A stretch of DNA of 64,000 nt, taken from positions 38,132,001-38,196,000 of the forward strand of contig NC_087437.1 of NCBI RefSeq assembly GCF_036321535.1, in the 5' to 3' direction. The notes beneath the pieces were generated by a model. That model was not told where the DNA came from. It ran no database searches and worked only from the letters and a program-made list of their open reading frames with translations. The position numbers were made by a program, and so were the translations under genes. Each line of letters opens with the position of its first letter. Position 1 is the stretch's first letter. Shown in pieces: positions 39,565 to 51,830 of the stretch. The stretch comes from Camelus dromedarius. Lineage: Eukaryota.

Positions 39565-40568
39565 AGACCATCATTTAACAATTTCCTCTGTTATGTCCAA
39601 GATGGTGACTACCTTTTTGTTGGAATCTTTTAATCTTAGCTGAAGTTTTTCTCTTCCCTGAGGGTTTTTTTATTGCCAAATGGGTAGATGATCTTCTCAT
39701 GAGCTACTCCCAAACTATAGCAATGAGGGCAAATCCCTCCAAGGGCTGCTTGTGCCTCCAAAGACCGCAGTCACCCAGATCGAAGGACATGCTAGCATGC
39801 CCATCACTAATTTATCCTTGGTTCCCAATGCTAAGATAGGTTTTAAGTGCCCAAGCCCTTAAAACTGCCTACAGAGTAAAGCTATCTGCTTAGGTATTTC
39901 CACAGCATATTTGATTGACACAGCCACAGAACTTTTCTCTAAAATCTTATTTGTCTAGCACCCCAACCACCTGGATGCTTCCACTTAACCATTCACTTCT
40001 GGCATCAAGCAAATGACCAGCCAAAGTTGGTAAGGAATGTGATCTCATCCATCTATGTCAAGCCTTTTGTCACACCAGGGTCAGTCAGCCCCTTAACTGG
40101 CTGAAATGGCCACACTTATCCTTGGCTAGAATATATCCTGAGGTTTATACCTGACAATGAAAACATGAACAACAACACTCTTGGAAGCATAGTATGTGCC
40201 CCTTCTAGGTACTCTTTGTATATAATTCTAAAGAGGAGCCATGGGCTTATAAATGTCTAGAGAGCTAGTGTGTAACAGGTCAATGCCTTTTGGGATACCA
40301 TAACAAGTTCTCGTTAAAGAAAAAATCCAGCTACAATCTCATAGGCCTAGGTCAGACTTGGTAACCCCCTTTTGATACCCCATGTACTCACCTTTGATTA
40401 CCATTGCCAATGGATTTATTCCTTGGATTGCAGTCCATAATGACCCTTTGATGAAGAGTTTACTTCTAATCACAGTTAAATTAGCAAATTCTACCATTGG
40501 AGACTTGGCTTAACAACAACAATCCTTGGATTTTCTAGCAAGGGGTGTATTAGATAATTGAATAATGC
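39565..40568 (+). mobile_element. ERV1 env remnant
   Basis: Ends in QQQSLDFLARGVLDN*IML, resembling the TM immunosuppressive-domain motif SLA.VVL.NR.AL. Confidence 0.7.
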
Positions 40569-41033
40569 TGGTGAGATCGCTTCAGGTGTCACTTCTGACA
40601 CCTTATATGACTAGAGGGCAATAGTCAAGCAAAAAGTATTTATTTGAGATCAAAGAATTACAATTTGGGGCACTAAGATTTGGGTACAATTTCAAACTGT
40701 GATCCCTCTAGGGAATAAAAGTCAGGAGCTTTTAAAGGCAAAGAAGGAAGGTTTGCATTACAAATAATTTTAATTGGAGTTGGAGACAGAAGCAAGTCTT
40801 GGCGAAACGTGATTAAGAGCTATGGCCATCACTAGAGGAAGGTAAAGTCCATTATTAAGACAAGTCACAGGTGTCCTTGCAGAGTTCTTGAAATATTTGT
40901 GGTATGGCCCAGTTGAAAAAGTTCATGGTTCCACCCGGTAAAGACATGTGTAAGGTCCACCTCCTTAACAGCCTCCAGGCTTAATTTTAAAATCCCTTGA
41001 CATAAGTGACTTTATTTTATTTCATATTTCACA
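40569..41033 (-). mobile_element. ERV1-type solo LTR (antisense)
   Basis: Reverse strand begins TGTGAAATATGAAATAAAATAAAGTCACTTATGTC, has AATAAA (TTTATT at about 40639) and ends CA. Confidence 0.7.
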
Positions 41034-41299
41034 CTTACATTTTTAATTCAGATACTAATTAGTGATTAAAATGAAATCTTTAATGATTTTGAACAATTAT
41101 TTCTAATTTATTTATTTTCCCTATTTATATTTGGCTAAATGCACAATTTAGCAATTCTTAAATATTCCTAAAACAAAAACTGGTATACTGTATTGACATT
41201 TGAAAGTGTTCTTTAGATGGGGGTATTATGTCACACTAGGATAATGCCTACACAGAGTTTTGGAACCAATCTTAGTAAAAACACATGTTCAAGATGACA

Positions 41300-41515
41300 G
41301 GCAGTATGGTATAAGAGATAAGAGATTTGTCTCTGGGGTCAGATGGGTGTAGTTTTACATCATGGTCTAAGACTCAGTTCAAACATTAAGCTCCCTTGGA
41401 AAATTTGCATAAGCTTTCTGAGCTTGTATCTTCAACTGGAAAAAAAAATCAATATTATCTGAAAATAACTTGACAAAGTAGATATCAAATAGCCAATATT
41501 CAATATATGTTAGCT
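41300..41515 (+). mobile_element. MIR SINE
   Basis: GGCAGTATGGTATAAG ... TCTGGGGTCAGA ... TCTGAGCTTGTATCTTCAACTGG. Confidence 0.6.
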
Positions 41516-41711
41516 TTCGGTATTAGGGCTTTTTATATTTCATGGAGTTTCTCTTATACAAATATTCTTTCCAAACCAGATTCAGGTCCCTTTCACCACA
41601 CTCAGCAGATACCAAGAATTTGATATTTCAGAATCTGAGTTTTATCTGTGGAATCAGGATTAGCATATATCTTGCATAACACCTTGTGTTAAAAGATGAG
41701 ATCATTGATAT

Positions 41712-42262
41712 TGTTGGGACCCAAGGTAGGTATCCCAAAATATGCCTCAATGACACATTGAATATTTTGAATTAAAGTTACTCAAGAAATGGCCAAGGGA
41801 AAAGAGACACTCTGACCCTTCGTTCCACGTCCCTGAAAGTAGGAAATGAATCTCTCATGTGAAAGGTGCGCTCCCTGCATCTGGAGGTAGGAGGGTGCCC
41901 TTATTGCCAGAAACTTCAGAGAATTCAGAGATTTCAGAGAATTCTCACAGAGAAGTCTTTATCAACAAAACTTGTTACTTCTTTAATTTACTACCCAAGC
42001 CCAAACTCGGGTTAGATTCTTCACTAGCTGATCACTCAAAACCGAAGTTTCTTTGTCTTATCAACTCCTCACAAATTTATTGTTTCTTTGTCAAAAAAGT
42101 ATAAAAGCTGCCTGCTTTGGCCCTAGGACCTATTTCTATGAGACTTCCATACACACAATTAAAATGTGTTTCTTTTTCTCCTCTTAATTTGTCTTGTGTC
42201 AATTTTATTATTAGTCCAGTTGCAAGAACTCAATAGAAGGGGAAAATTTCCTCTCCCTGATA
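41712..42262 (+). mobile_element. ERV1 solo LTR (MER34-like)
   Basis: Begins TGTTGGGACCC; TATA-like GTATAAAAGC at about 42099; ATTAAA at about 42158; ends CCTCTCCCTGATA. Confidence 0.8.
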
Positions 42263-42343
42263 GTACAAATTACATTTAGTCAAAAACAATTTTTAAGCAG
42301 TCAAAATCATACACTTCAAGAGTATAACCTTTTGATTGTACAG

Positions 42344-42841
42344 TTTGATTCAAGGCTAGATAATAAACTTTTTAGACTTGAAACATTCTTTTCCACCAAA
42401 TATCACTCCCTCAGAATTTGTAGAGAAGAAAATTTAATTCTATTTACAGATTCATGTCTAATATGCTGCTGTTCTGAATTGCTTATAGAGTATCAATTCA
42501 AATACTTTCAAAAAGCCCCTTGTATCTGTCTGCAGTTTATTTCTAGTGGTAGAATGAGCTATAAAAATGCAGTTACTTACAATTACTTTTACAAAAGAGA
42601 AATGCAACTCCATGCTTTTGAGATATTGAAGAGTGGAGGGTCCATGATCCAATCTGTCTGCTTCCAGATATGGTCAGTTCAATTTCTAGGAAATCACTGC
42701 TCCGGTCAGTTTATCGATATTTCTTACAGAATAAGAGGGCAAAAATCAGTCATTTCAATTCAGCAAGGAATGGTGGTTTCTTGTTCTATAGCTCTGCTCT
42801 TCTCTGTTTCCATGGAGTTAACGCCATTAAATATAGCTTAG
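42344..42841 (+). CDS. Candidate large exon m (FDSRLDNKLFRLETFFSTKYHSLRICREE...ELTPLNIA*), 165 open codons; frame continues with stops to 43102
   Basis: CTTTTGATTGTACAG acceptor in phase 0; longest non-repeat ORF in the window (track 42332-42841). Confidence 0.5.
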   Translation, partial: FDSRLDNKLFRLETFFSTKYHSLRICREENLILFTDSCLICCCSELLIEYQFKYFQKAPCICLQFISSGRMSYKNAVTYNYFYKREMQLHAFEILKSGGSMIQSVCFQIWSVQFLGNHCSGQFIDISYRIRGQKSVISIQQGMVVSCSIALLFSVSMELTPLNIA

Positions 42842-43174
42842 TGGCCAGGACCCACCCCTGGGGAAAGAGCATTAGTAGGAATTGAACAAAAAAGTATTAA
42901 CCATAGGTTGCTACATATGAATTGAAAGAATATATGCATAAAGAAACATGAATTATATTTTAGAAATAGTGCAGAACTATAAATTTTGGCTTGAAGATTT
43001 AGATGATTTCTTGATCTCCTGAGAATCTCTAGGGCACTTTTTATTGATGAGACAGAAATGAAAGTTGTCATTTACTTGTGCAATCCTAAAAATGGTGCAT
43101 AAATGGAAGTGAGCACCATGTATCATTCTGGATAATGATGAAAGTTAATATATGGCTTTAAGACATTGACTTAC

Positions 43175-43266
43175 CAAGGATATCAAGTATTCTTTCATAA
43201 TAAATTCCAAGTCTCCTTGCGTTTTTCTATGGACTATAGTTAAAGCCATATGATAAATCAGGGTTA
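43175..43266 (-). other. Candidate minus-strand exon (open frame TLIYHMALTIVHRKTQGDLEFIMKEYLISL)
   Basis: TCTCTCTTTGTAG acceptor and TTG/GTAAGT donor on the reverse strand. Confidence 0.45.
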
Positions 43267-45726
43267 CTACAAAGAGAGACCAGATTCTAGATCACATTAA
43301 AATCTGAAAGCATTCATGCCATACAGCTGAAATTTGGGAGGTTACTTGTACATAAAGGATACATAGTAGGATAGCCACAATTCTTAGCACTTGCATTTTG
43401 AATATTTGAATTTTTGTAGCAATAGATAGAAGGACAAGAGGATTGAGAATGGTATACTACATAAACATTAATACCAATCACTTTACAACTGAAACCCATT
43501 GTAAGAAACATCTTATATTTCCAAATCATCTTGGCTTTCAGGTCAACCTAGTCCAAGAGACATCTAAGGTTGATGCAATTCAGCTTTGCTGTAGGTTTAA
43601 TAGATTTACAGACAAGTGGTTGTGAGAAAAGGGAGACAGAAATAAAGAAGGTATGATATGATATGGAGCTATGAAGCCACCACGCCAATAACATGAAAGA
43701 GGAACTTTTCCTTCATAATCTAGTAAAGAGATTCATCTTCTCTTTAGAGTGGCTCAGGATATGTTAATAACCTACATGAAGAAATATCTAATAACTGACA
43801 AGGTTTATGAACACTAACATATATTATGTATAGGACAATCAATTGATCATATTTTTCTATTGTTGAAAGAAAAGAAATTGTACTTGTTTTTAGTGGTGTA
43901 GTACACAGATTTCAGATCTTGGTTATTGATTATTATTTTGTACATATTTGGGGAAAAATCCCTAGAATAGCAAAGATAGCAGTTGACAATTGTTAGAGAT
44001 AAATGACCTTAGTGATGATTTTCTTAACAGAATCAATTTTAGACATAAGTATCATAAATGAGATAAATTAGGTCTGTTATATGAATTCAGAGAATAGATA
44101 CTATTGGCATTCTTTTAATATGTCAACTTAATGCTAAGCACTATACATGAGTTAATCATATTTTTTCCATTTTTTTCTAACACTTCATGTTAAAAATGAG
44201 TATTCACAATTATATAATTCATCACTTATATTTTGTCATGTTTATAAAAATTTACAATTACAAATATATATATGTACACAAATAAAATATATTTTAGTTA
44301 GTCTTTGCTATTAAATTTAGATAAGCAAGATAAAATCTTAAACCATATGTGCTTATTTATTTGACATTTGTGTTCATGTGATTCCTCAGTCATAAGCATA
44401 TATGTGTACACATTTATATTTGTAGCTCAAAGTGACATAGATTAAATTGACGTGAATTGTTGCTATCTTCAGCATATGGAGATACAACAAGAATTCTATC
44501 TATGCTGAAAGTTTGCTCCATAGTCAATTTGGGCATTACATCAAATATTTGTCTTCTCTTTTCATACTGAGAGCCAGTTTCTGTCTTTTCTAAGACAGAA
44601 GATATGTGACAAACCATCTCAGCCTAGTTGCATCAATGACCATTTTCTCTCTGCAGGACACTTAATCTTATTATGTGGGCAGATGTCTCAGAGGAGATGA
44701 AAGAAGGGAGCTGATGCCCCAGGAAGATTTAATTTAGAAACACAGAAGAGTGTAGGAAGTGGTCTGGAGCTGGGAAGTAGAGAATAGCTTCAATTATCCT
44801 AGAAAATAAGAAGGAAATGCATTTATGGTAAATGTAGGGCTGAACTGAATTAAATATGTATAGGTCAATTTTACTTTAACATTTTATTGGGAGTATAAAG
44901 CACTATAAAAGCAATAAACAGACAGACATCTATTATACTAATTTGACTGAATAAGTAGAAATCAGATCTGGCCTAGCAAAAACAGCTAGAATGTGAGGTT
45001 CATTCACTTGCCATCTCCTCCGAGTTTTCTGACTCCTAGATATGAATTTGCACAATTCATTTTGGTGGTGGTGGTAGCAGTACTCATTGAATACTAAATA
45101 CTTTCCAAACAAGAATTGATATTTTACATGACCTCAAAAGTCCTTTTGCTTCTCATATTTTGAAAACAGTTAAATGGAGTCTTGAAACAGAGGGGCAGAG
45201 AGAAATGACTGTGGATTTTATTTGAGACTATTGAGAGAACAGAAATCTACAAGTAAACGTATACATAAGCATAAGTGAGATTCAACGATGGGAAGCCTAT
45301 AGGCTGTTTCCTTTGGAAACAGGGTAAGTGCAAAAATGAAAAGAGTATCTCCCATGAATTTAAACTAAATAAAACTCATTCTAGATAAAATTTAGGTATC
45401 ACTTCACTTCTGAACCTTGGAGCTCTAAATTGTCCAGACTGGAAATTCACTACCCATAATGATTAATTAATTGTCTATTTTTCCTTCTTACTCTGTCTTC
45501 ATGTCTTAAACTAGGTGCTCATACAAAGGGTAGAGTAGCACAATGTATTTCCTGCGGATCTGAATTTAAAAAGCCTATTTTAGATTGACTCAGACATCAA
45601 TCCATTATGAAATAGGACTCAAAAACCCAGTGCTTTTTTAAGACAAATCTTGTGCTATCAAAGAAATATAATCTTATGCTACCAAACTCCTTAAAGTTTC
45701 AGTTTAAGAAGCAGAATTTAACTTAC

Positions 45727-45741
45727 GTATTTGGAATTTGC
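45727..45741 (-). other. Candidate 15-nt microexon GCAAATTCCAAATAC
   Basis: Reverse strand reads TTCTTTTTCCCTAAACAG/GCAAATTCCAAATAC/GTAAGT. Confidence 0.35.
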
Positions 45742-45849
45742 CTGTTTAGGGAAAAAGAATTTTTCATGGCATAAGTGTGTATATTCTCTTTACTGTTGCC
45801 TATTCTCATCACATTCAGTGTTCAACAAATAGTTCTAGAGTGTTCTTGT

Positions 45850-46193
45850 GCTCACAATAGCCAGTTATTCTCTCCTTTCTGAGCTAGCAGGAAAACACAT
45901 TTTGTAGCTTCTTTGAAATCAGTCAGGGTCATGTGGCTAATTCTGGCCAAATATGACAAAAAGTTAAAAAAAAAAAGTCACTTATTCTGAGACTACAAAG
46001 ATAAGCTTTACAATTATACAAAATCTCTCCTCTTTGTTTCTAGAATGGAGGTGGACTTCAGTTGGTGCAGCTAAAAATCACTGTGCAGAAAAGGGTACCG
46101 CATTAACCTGTGCGTGAGCACATTTGTAGGACCTGCTGCACGAGCAAGAAATAAACTTCTGTTGTATTAAACCACTAAGATTTTGGAGTTTCA
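45850..46193 (+). mobile_element. MaLR (MLT1-type) LTR fragment
   Basis: GGGTCATGTGGCTAATTCTGGCCAA ... GAGCAAGAAATAAACTTCTGTTGTATTAAACCACTAAGATTTTGGAG. Confidence 0.7.
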
Positions 46194-46406
46194 TAGACTG
46201 GGATTTCAAAATTGTAGAATAGATAAACAAGATTACACTGTATAGCACAGGGAAATATACACAAAATGTTATGATAACTCAGAGAGAAAAAAATGTGACA
46301 ATGAGTGTGTATATGTCCATGAATGACTGAAAAATTGTGCTGAACACTGGAATTTGACACAACATTGTAAAATGATTATAAATCAATAAAAAGTGTTAAA
46401 AAAAAA
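46194..46406 (+). mobile_element. Young 5'-truncated L1 with poly(A) and perfect 17-bp TSD
   Basis: AAGATTTTGGAGTTTCA at 46177-46193 and 46407-46423; L1 3'UTR text, AATAAA and A-tail. Confidence 0.93.
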
Positions 46407-46624
46407 AAGATTTTGGAGTTTCAAATAATGTAACAAATATAAGCATTACTATGTTTCCAGCACGGCTCCAGATCCTTACAATTCATTGAGGGCCAAACGA
46501 GACAAAAATCTCTTCCTTACTGGAGTTTACTATATAGAGGATCACAATATACATAGTAAATATACTGGAAATAGTTAAAAGGCTGGTGAAGGAGAAGGAA
46601 GAGGAGCATAGTTAACACAATGGT

Positions 46625-47093
46625 TGTGGTAGGTAGAATAATGACCCCCACAAAGATGTCATTCCTAATCACTGAAAACTGTAAATATGTTACCTTACAT
46701 GTCAAAAAGGACAATGTATGTGTGATTAAGTTAAGGATCTTGAAATGGGAAGCTTATCTTAGATTATCCAGTTGAGTTAAATGCAATCATAAGAGTCTTA
46801 TAAAAGAGATGCAGGGGGCTCAGAGTCATCTAAGGAGATGTGATGAGGGCAGCAGAGGCTGGAGTGATACAGGGACAAGAGCCAAAGAATGGTGACCTCC
46901 AGAAGCCCAGAAGCTGGAAATATCAAGGAAATAGATGATAATAATAGGTAAATAATTCCTCAAGAATCCAGAAGAATGTAGTCTTGCCAAACTATTTTAG
47001 CCCCTGATCTTCAGAACTATAAGATAACACATCTGTGTTGTTTTAAGCCACTCAGTTTATGGTAATTTATAGCAACAATAGGAAACAAATACA
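46625..47093 (+). mobile_element. MaLR LTR (MLT1C/D-like), complete
   Basis: TGTGGTAGGTAGAATAATGACCCCC ... GTGATTAAGTTAAGGATCTTGAAATGGG ... TAGGAAACAAATACA. Confidence 0.9.
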
Positions 47094-49576
47094 GTTACCT
47101 AGAAAGACGCGCTATAAGATAGGTGACTTCATCTTGCTGACAAACTGACATTCTCTTTAAGGAAGAGCACTGTCATTGATTGATCTTGTAGTAAATGAGA
47201 TGAAGGGCTTCGATGTGTTGAAAGAAATACTAGTAGATATTCTAGTGTTCAGCCCTATTACCCTTATTCACACTCAGAAAGGCGAGGGAGAGGTTGCTTG
47301 TTTGTTATAACAAGACCATGGAGCTCAGCCTACTTTGTCCTCTTGGTATTTGTCACTACTCATTTTATGCCTTGAAATTCTTTTCTCTTCTCCAACATCA
47401 ACCTGAATTTGTACAAGATGACATTTCCCCAACTCTCAAATCCAATTGCAGCTTCTAGAAGTAATGAAAAAAAAAAAAAACATACCAATTTGGATGTTTT
47501 CTTTTGAAAATTCTTTTGAAAACTAGACATGAGATAACTAAAAAGGTTAAAAATTGTTCAAATATCTTGTAACCTGGATTACTGGTCTATTTTTAAGGAT
47601 TCTCATTGACATTGTAGTTGAAAAATAAATTAAGCTTTCAATCTTGGTTTATGAAGTTTTCACTTGAAATTAACTCTTCTTAAAAACTGAAACTGGGTCA
47701 ATGTGAAATCAGTGCCTCCTATGTTTATGTCTACTAGTCTGGGTGAGACTCAGCTTACTGGTTCTATATTTAGGAACAGAGTGATTCTCTCTCAGTATTT
47801 CCTCATGGAGTATCACTCCATTTTGGTTATCAAGCTTATACCAAATACACATTTTCATTTTCATTCAATTAAACATGTATTTACCAAGTGCACCACACTC
47901 ATCCAATTATAGGCGGACAGAATTCCCACCTGCCCTTCCCAAAAGAAAAATATATATTGTGGTATGCACCTGGGTTACCAGAGTGATCTTTGTTAGGCCT
48001 AAAATGTAGGTACTTTCTTAATTCCTGCACATCTCTACTTTGGGTGCTGGTATTTGAAGGTTGAGGGTACGTATGCACCAAGATAGGCAGTGATCATACT
48101 TTGCCATGGAAATGTTCACAGCTAGTTTTGAAGAAGTTGCAAGGTGTTTTGTTTTTGTTTTTAGATTGATTTATTTTACAAGGTATGAAATGTTTAGACC
48201 CCAAAGACTGAATATCTGAATAATAAAAAAGTGGAATCTTGTAACTTGTTCCATCTTGAGAAACATTCAGCTTATAAATATGTAAACAAGTTTCAACAAC
48301 CGCAGCATTCTTCCAGCCTCACCAGATGTGCTTTCAAAGGGCTGTCTGGGGCTCTTCTGTGCTTTTCCCTTTTTTATTTCCTGCTGCCTGAAATATCAGG
48401 GAAAGGGCAAGTGATTACTTCACAGTTTTCTTTTACATATGAAATATGCATGAGATCTGTTCTTGCTGAAAGTTTACATTTGACCTGCTCGTTTAACACC
48501 CTTTAGGGGGTCTTGGCCTTAGTGGCTTCATTAGCCCTGCCAGAAAACAGGAAACGGAAACTCAATTCAAATAATTTATATGTCTCATAAGAACCCTTTA
48601 TAGGGAAAGTGCTCTTCTTTCTTAAATAACATTCAAATAAAAATAAATTTTAGGATTTTGAATGAAAACTGTCCTCCACTGAGGGAAAAGTTCTTTTATT
48701 TGTTGACATATTTTAGAATTGCTTTTCTTCATTCTGTATTTTAAGTTTTCATGAATCTTTGTAATTGCACTCATATTTACGTTTATTCTGATCTTAGAAA
48801 TTGCTTTTTGATTATTCCACATCTTCACCTTTAATCTAAAGACATTAACAAAAATGGATTATGTTTAAATGCCATGACAGTCTTATAAGCACGTGTAGTA
48901 TAATGTATTAGGTTAAAATCAAGAATAGTCTAAAAATGTTCAATTGTAATATATTTAGTAAACAACAATCCTCTATGTATATGCGAGATATTACGTGATA
49001 ACCTTGAGAATGAAGAGACTTTATGGAAATGTTAATTTTTATAAGGTAATGAGTTCTTTGTTTCAGTGATTTATTCCACAGTATTTATTGAGTGCTTTCT
49101 AAGGTACAGGCCCTATTCTAGGTTCTTGGGATGGACTTGTAAGTAAAAATTACAAAAACTCCCTAGAGGAGATAACCTAGTAGGGAAGACAGTCTGTACA
49201 CAGAAACATTCTGAAATGCTAGAATATTTAGAAGCTAATGTGTAACATGAGAAAACAAACAAAATATGCTGAAGAATAGGATCTGGGAGGAAGTTACCAT
49301 GTCGATTTTAGGGAATGTACGTTTCAGGAAGAACTGGTCCAAAAGCCCTAAGGCGAGAATGTCCCTGGCCTGTTGATGGAAAAGCAAGGCGGGCATTGTG
49401 TGCAGACTGAAATGAGAAATGGTGGTAAGAGATGAACCTGGAGAGGGGTAGTAATAACAGGGGAATAGAGAAGATCGTAAAGGGCATATGGGTATTTTAA
49501 AGAATTTGTCATGCCCTTTATTAAAATAGGGATCCAATGGAATTTTTAGAGCAGAGGAATATGTCTGAGTTACTTT

Positions 49577-49690
49577 CTATTTATTTACTTTTTGGTGGGG
49601 GGAGGAAATTAGGTTTATTTATTTATTCTTAGAGGAAGTTCTGGAGATTGAACCCAGGACCTCTTGCATGCTAAGATATGCCCTCCCCAA
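49577..49690 (-). mobile_element. tRNA-derived camelid-type SINE (Vic-1-like), internally deleted, 14-bp TSD
   Basis: Reverse strand GGGGAGGGC...CTTAGCATGCAAGAGGTCCTGGGTTCAATCTCCAG (B box) ...AATAAATAAATAAACCTAATT; TSD GTCTGAGTTACTTT at 49563-49576 and 49691-49704. Confidence 0.88.
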
Positions 49691-49725
49691 GTCTGAGTTA
49701 CTTTTAAAAGGATTACTTCGCCTGT

Positions 49726-50237
<512 letters not shown>

Positions 50238-51399
50238 ATCAGAATGGACTATATTTGAGACTGTAATTATTCAAATGAGAGGTGATGATAGCTCAAACCC
50301 AGTCCGTAAAAGTGGTAATAGTGAAAATTAGTAGGATTCTGTATACTTCTTGAAGATAGGAATTTCCTGATTGATCAAATGTGATGACAGAGGAGACAAT
50401 ACGAAATGGTCTAAGAAAGTAGAAGAATGAGTGGACCAGTGAGATGTACTGTGATATACTGTAATTGCAAGGAGAACCAAGGATCCACTTAAGGTGTGTG
50501 GACATGAATTTAATGTGATATCAGTTAACACATTCCTCAAAGTCTAGTAAAGCACCTGACATATCATCATTAAAGATCTGATGAATAAATTAAAAAAGGC
50601 TTGGAGTCCTCTTAAAAGATACTGAATTCATATAATAGGAATAACCTTTGCATGCTTGATTTTCCACTTTTTCTTGTCCTGCTAAGACAATTTTCACGCT
50701 AATCAGGAGAGAAAAAAACCTCTTCTACTCTAAATGCCAGAGAAAGAGACTCTGAGATTTGTATACTATTTGGAAATATTTCCAGAGAATTGGGAATAAA
50801 GGTAGTTGAACTGGGATGTAGTTCCAATAAAGAATCCAATTAATCCTGCAGGAAGTTGGAATGTACCTTGAAAGTTGTTGCAATTGAGACAAGGTTGGTG
50901 GAATTTTATATCCCTTTATTAGCCAGTCTTTGGATATAGGCTGCCCAGGGAGTGGGTATAACCTTGTTCAAGGTAATATCTCTCAGTCTAGGGCAATTCC
51001 TGAAGAAGGACTGAAGATGTCAGATAAAAGGTAATGTTAGGAAATTTCTCAGAGAGATAATTTTCACTTAGTAGATTTTCCACTTCCTTATAAATATCTA
51101 GAATGCTTTGTGATATAATTGCCTTTTGTCCCACAGTGATGATGTCTAAACCTTTATCCAAGACTAGGGTCTGAAGGATAGAAAAAAGATAGGGTTATTG
51201 AGTCAGATAAGGATTATAAAACACTTATTCTGACTGTCCAGTAGTTGGAAACAATAATCCAAGCCTTTATTTCTAGCTTCTCTAACTGAATTTTAAAAAA
51301 TTAATAATAAATAATCTAGTTTTGGCCACTAACTTAATTTCATCACCTCTTAATGAGTTTCAATCTGAAGTTGGAAAAAGATTGACTACAAAGCACAGA

Positions 51400-51785
51400 A
51401 TAGACACATCTGAGGGATACCAGATAGCTGGTAAGACATTATTGCTGGGTGTGTCTGTGAGGGTTTCTTTGAAAGGTTAGCACTTGAAACTGTAAGCTGA
51501 GTAAAGAAGTTTGCCTTCACCAAAGCAAGTGGGCTTCAGCCAGCCCACTGAGGGACTGAGTAGGCTCTCTCTGCTTGAGTTGAGACATCCACTTTCTACC
51601 CTCGACTTTGGTGCTGCTGGTTCTCGGGCTTTCAGTCCCAGACTGAATTAAACTACAGTCTCTCCTGGTTCTCGAGCTTGCAGACAACAGATCACAGGAC
51701 TTCTCGGCTTCTATGATCCTGTGAGCCAATTCCTAAATAAACCTCCTCTTATTTACATCTATATCTATACCTATAATCTGTCTAT

Positions 51786-51830
<45 letters not shown>

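Larger units (their letters stand above)
4360..43102 (+). pseudogene. Unidentified multi-exon gene remnant with TPR-like N-terminal exons; probable spliced (unprocessed) pseudogene
   Basis: Up to 13 AG/GT-bounded segments. Reading phases join correctly through 16392-16435, 18686-18773, 26547-26673, 26983-27055, 31432-31535, 31684-31768, 35483-35550, 35702-35769 and 42344 onward. Several exons carry in-frame stops. Confidence 0.7.

Noticed and set aside
36200..40568. Domesticated retroviral pol/env (syncytin-like) gene
   Set aside because: Numerous stops, frameshifts and nested insertions; no long ORF.
44414..44650. 67-aa minus-strand ORF after a CAG
   Set aside because: Weak pyrimidine tract and two stops right after the acceptor; could not be linked to the other minus-strand exons.
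49640..49690. tRNA gene
   Set aside because: The B box belongs to a tRNA-derived SINE with TSD and A-rich tail; no cloverleaf.
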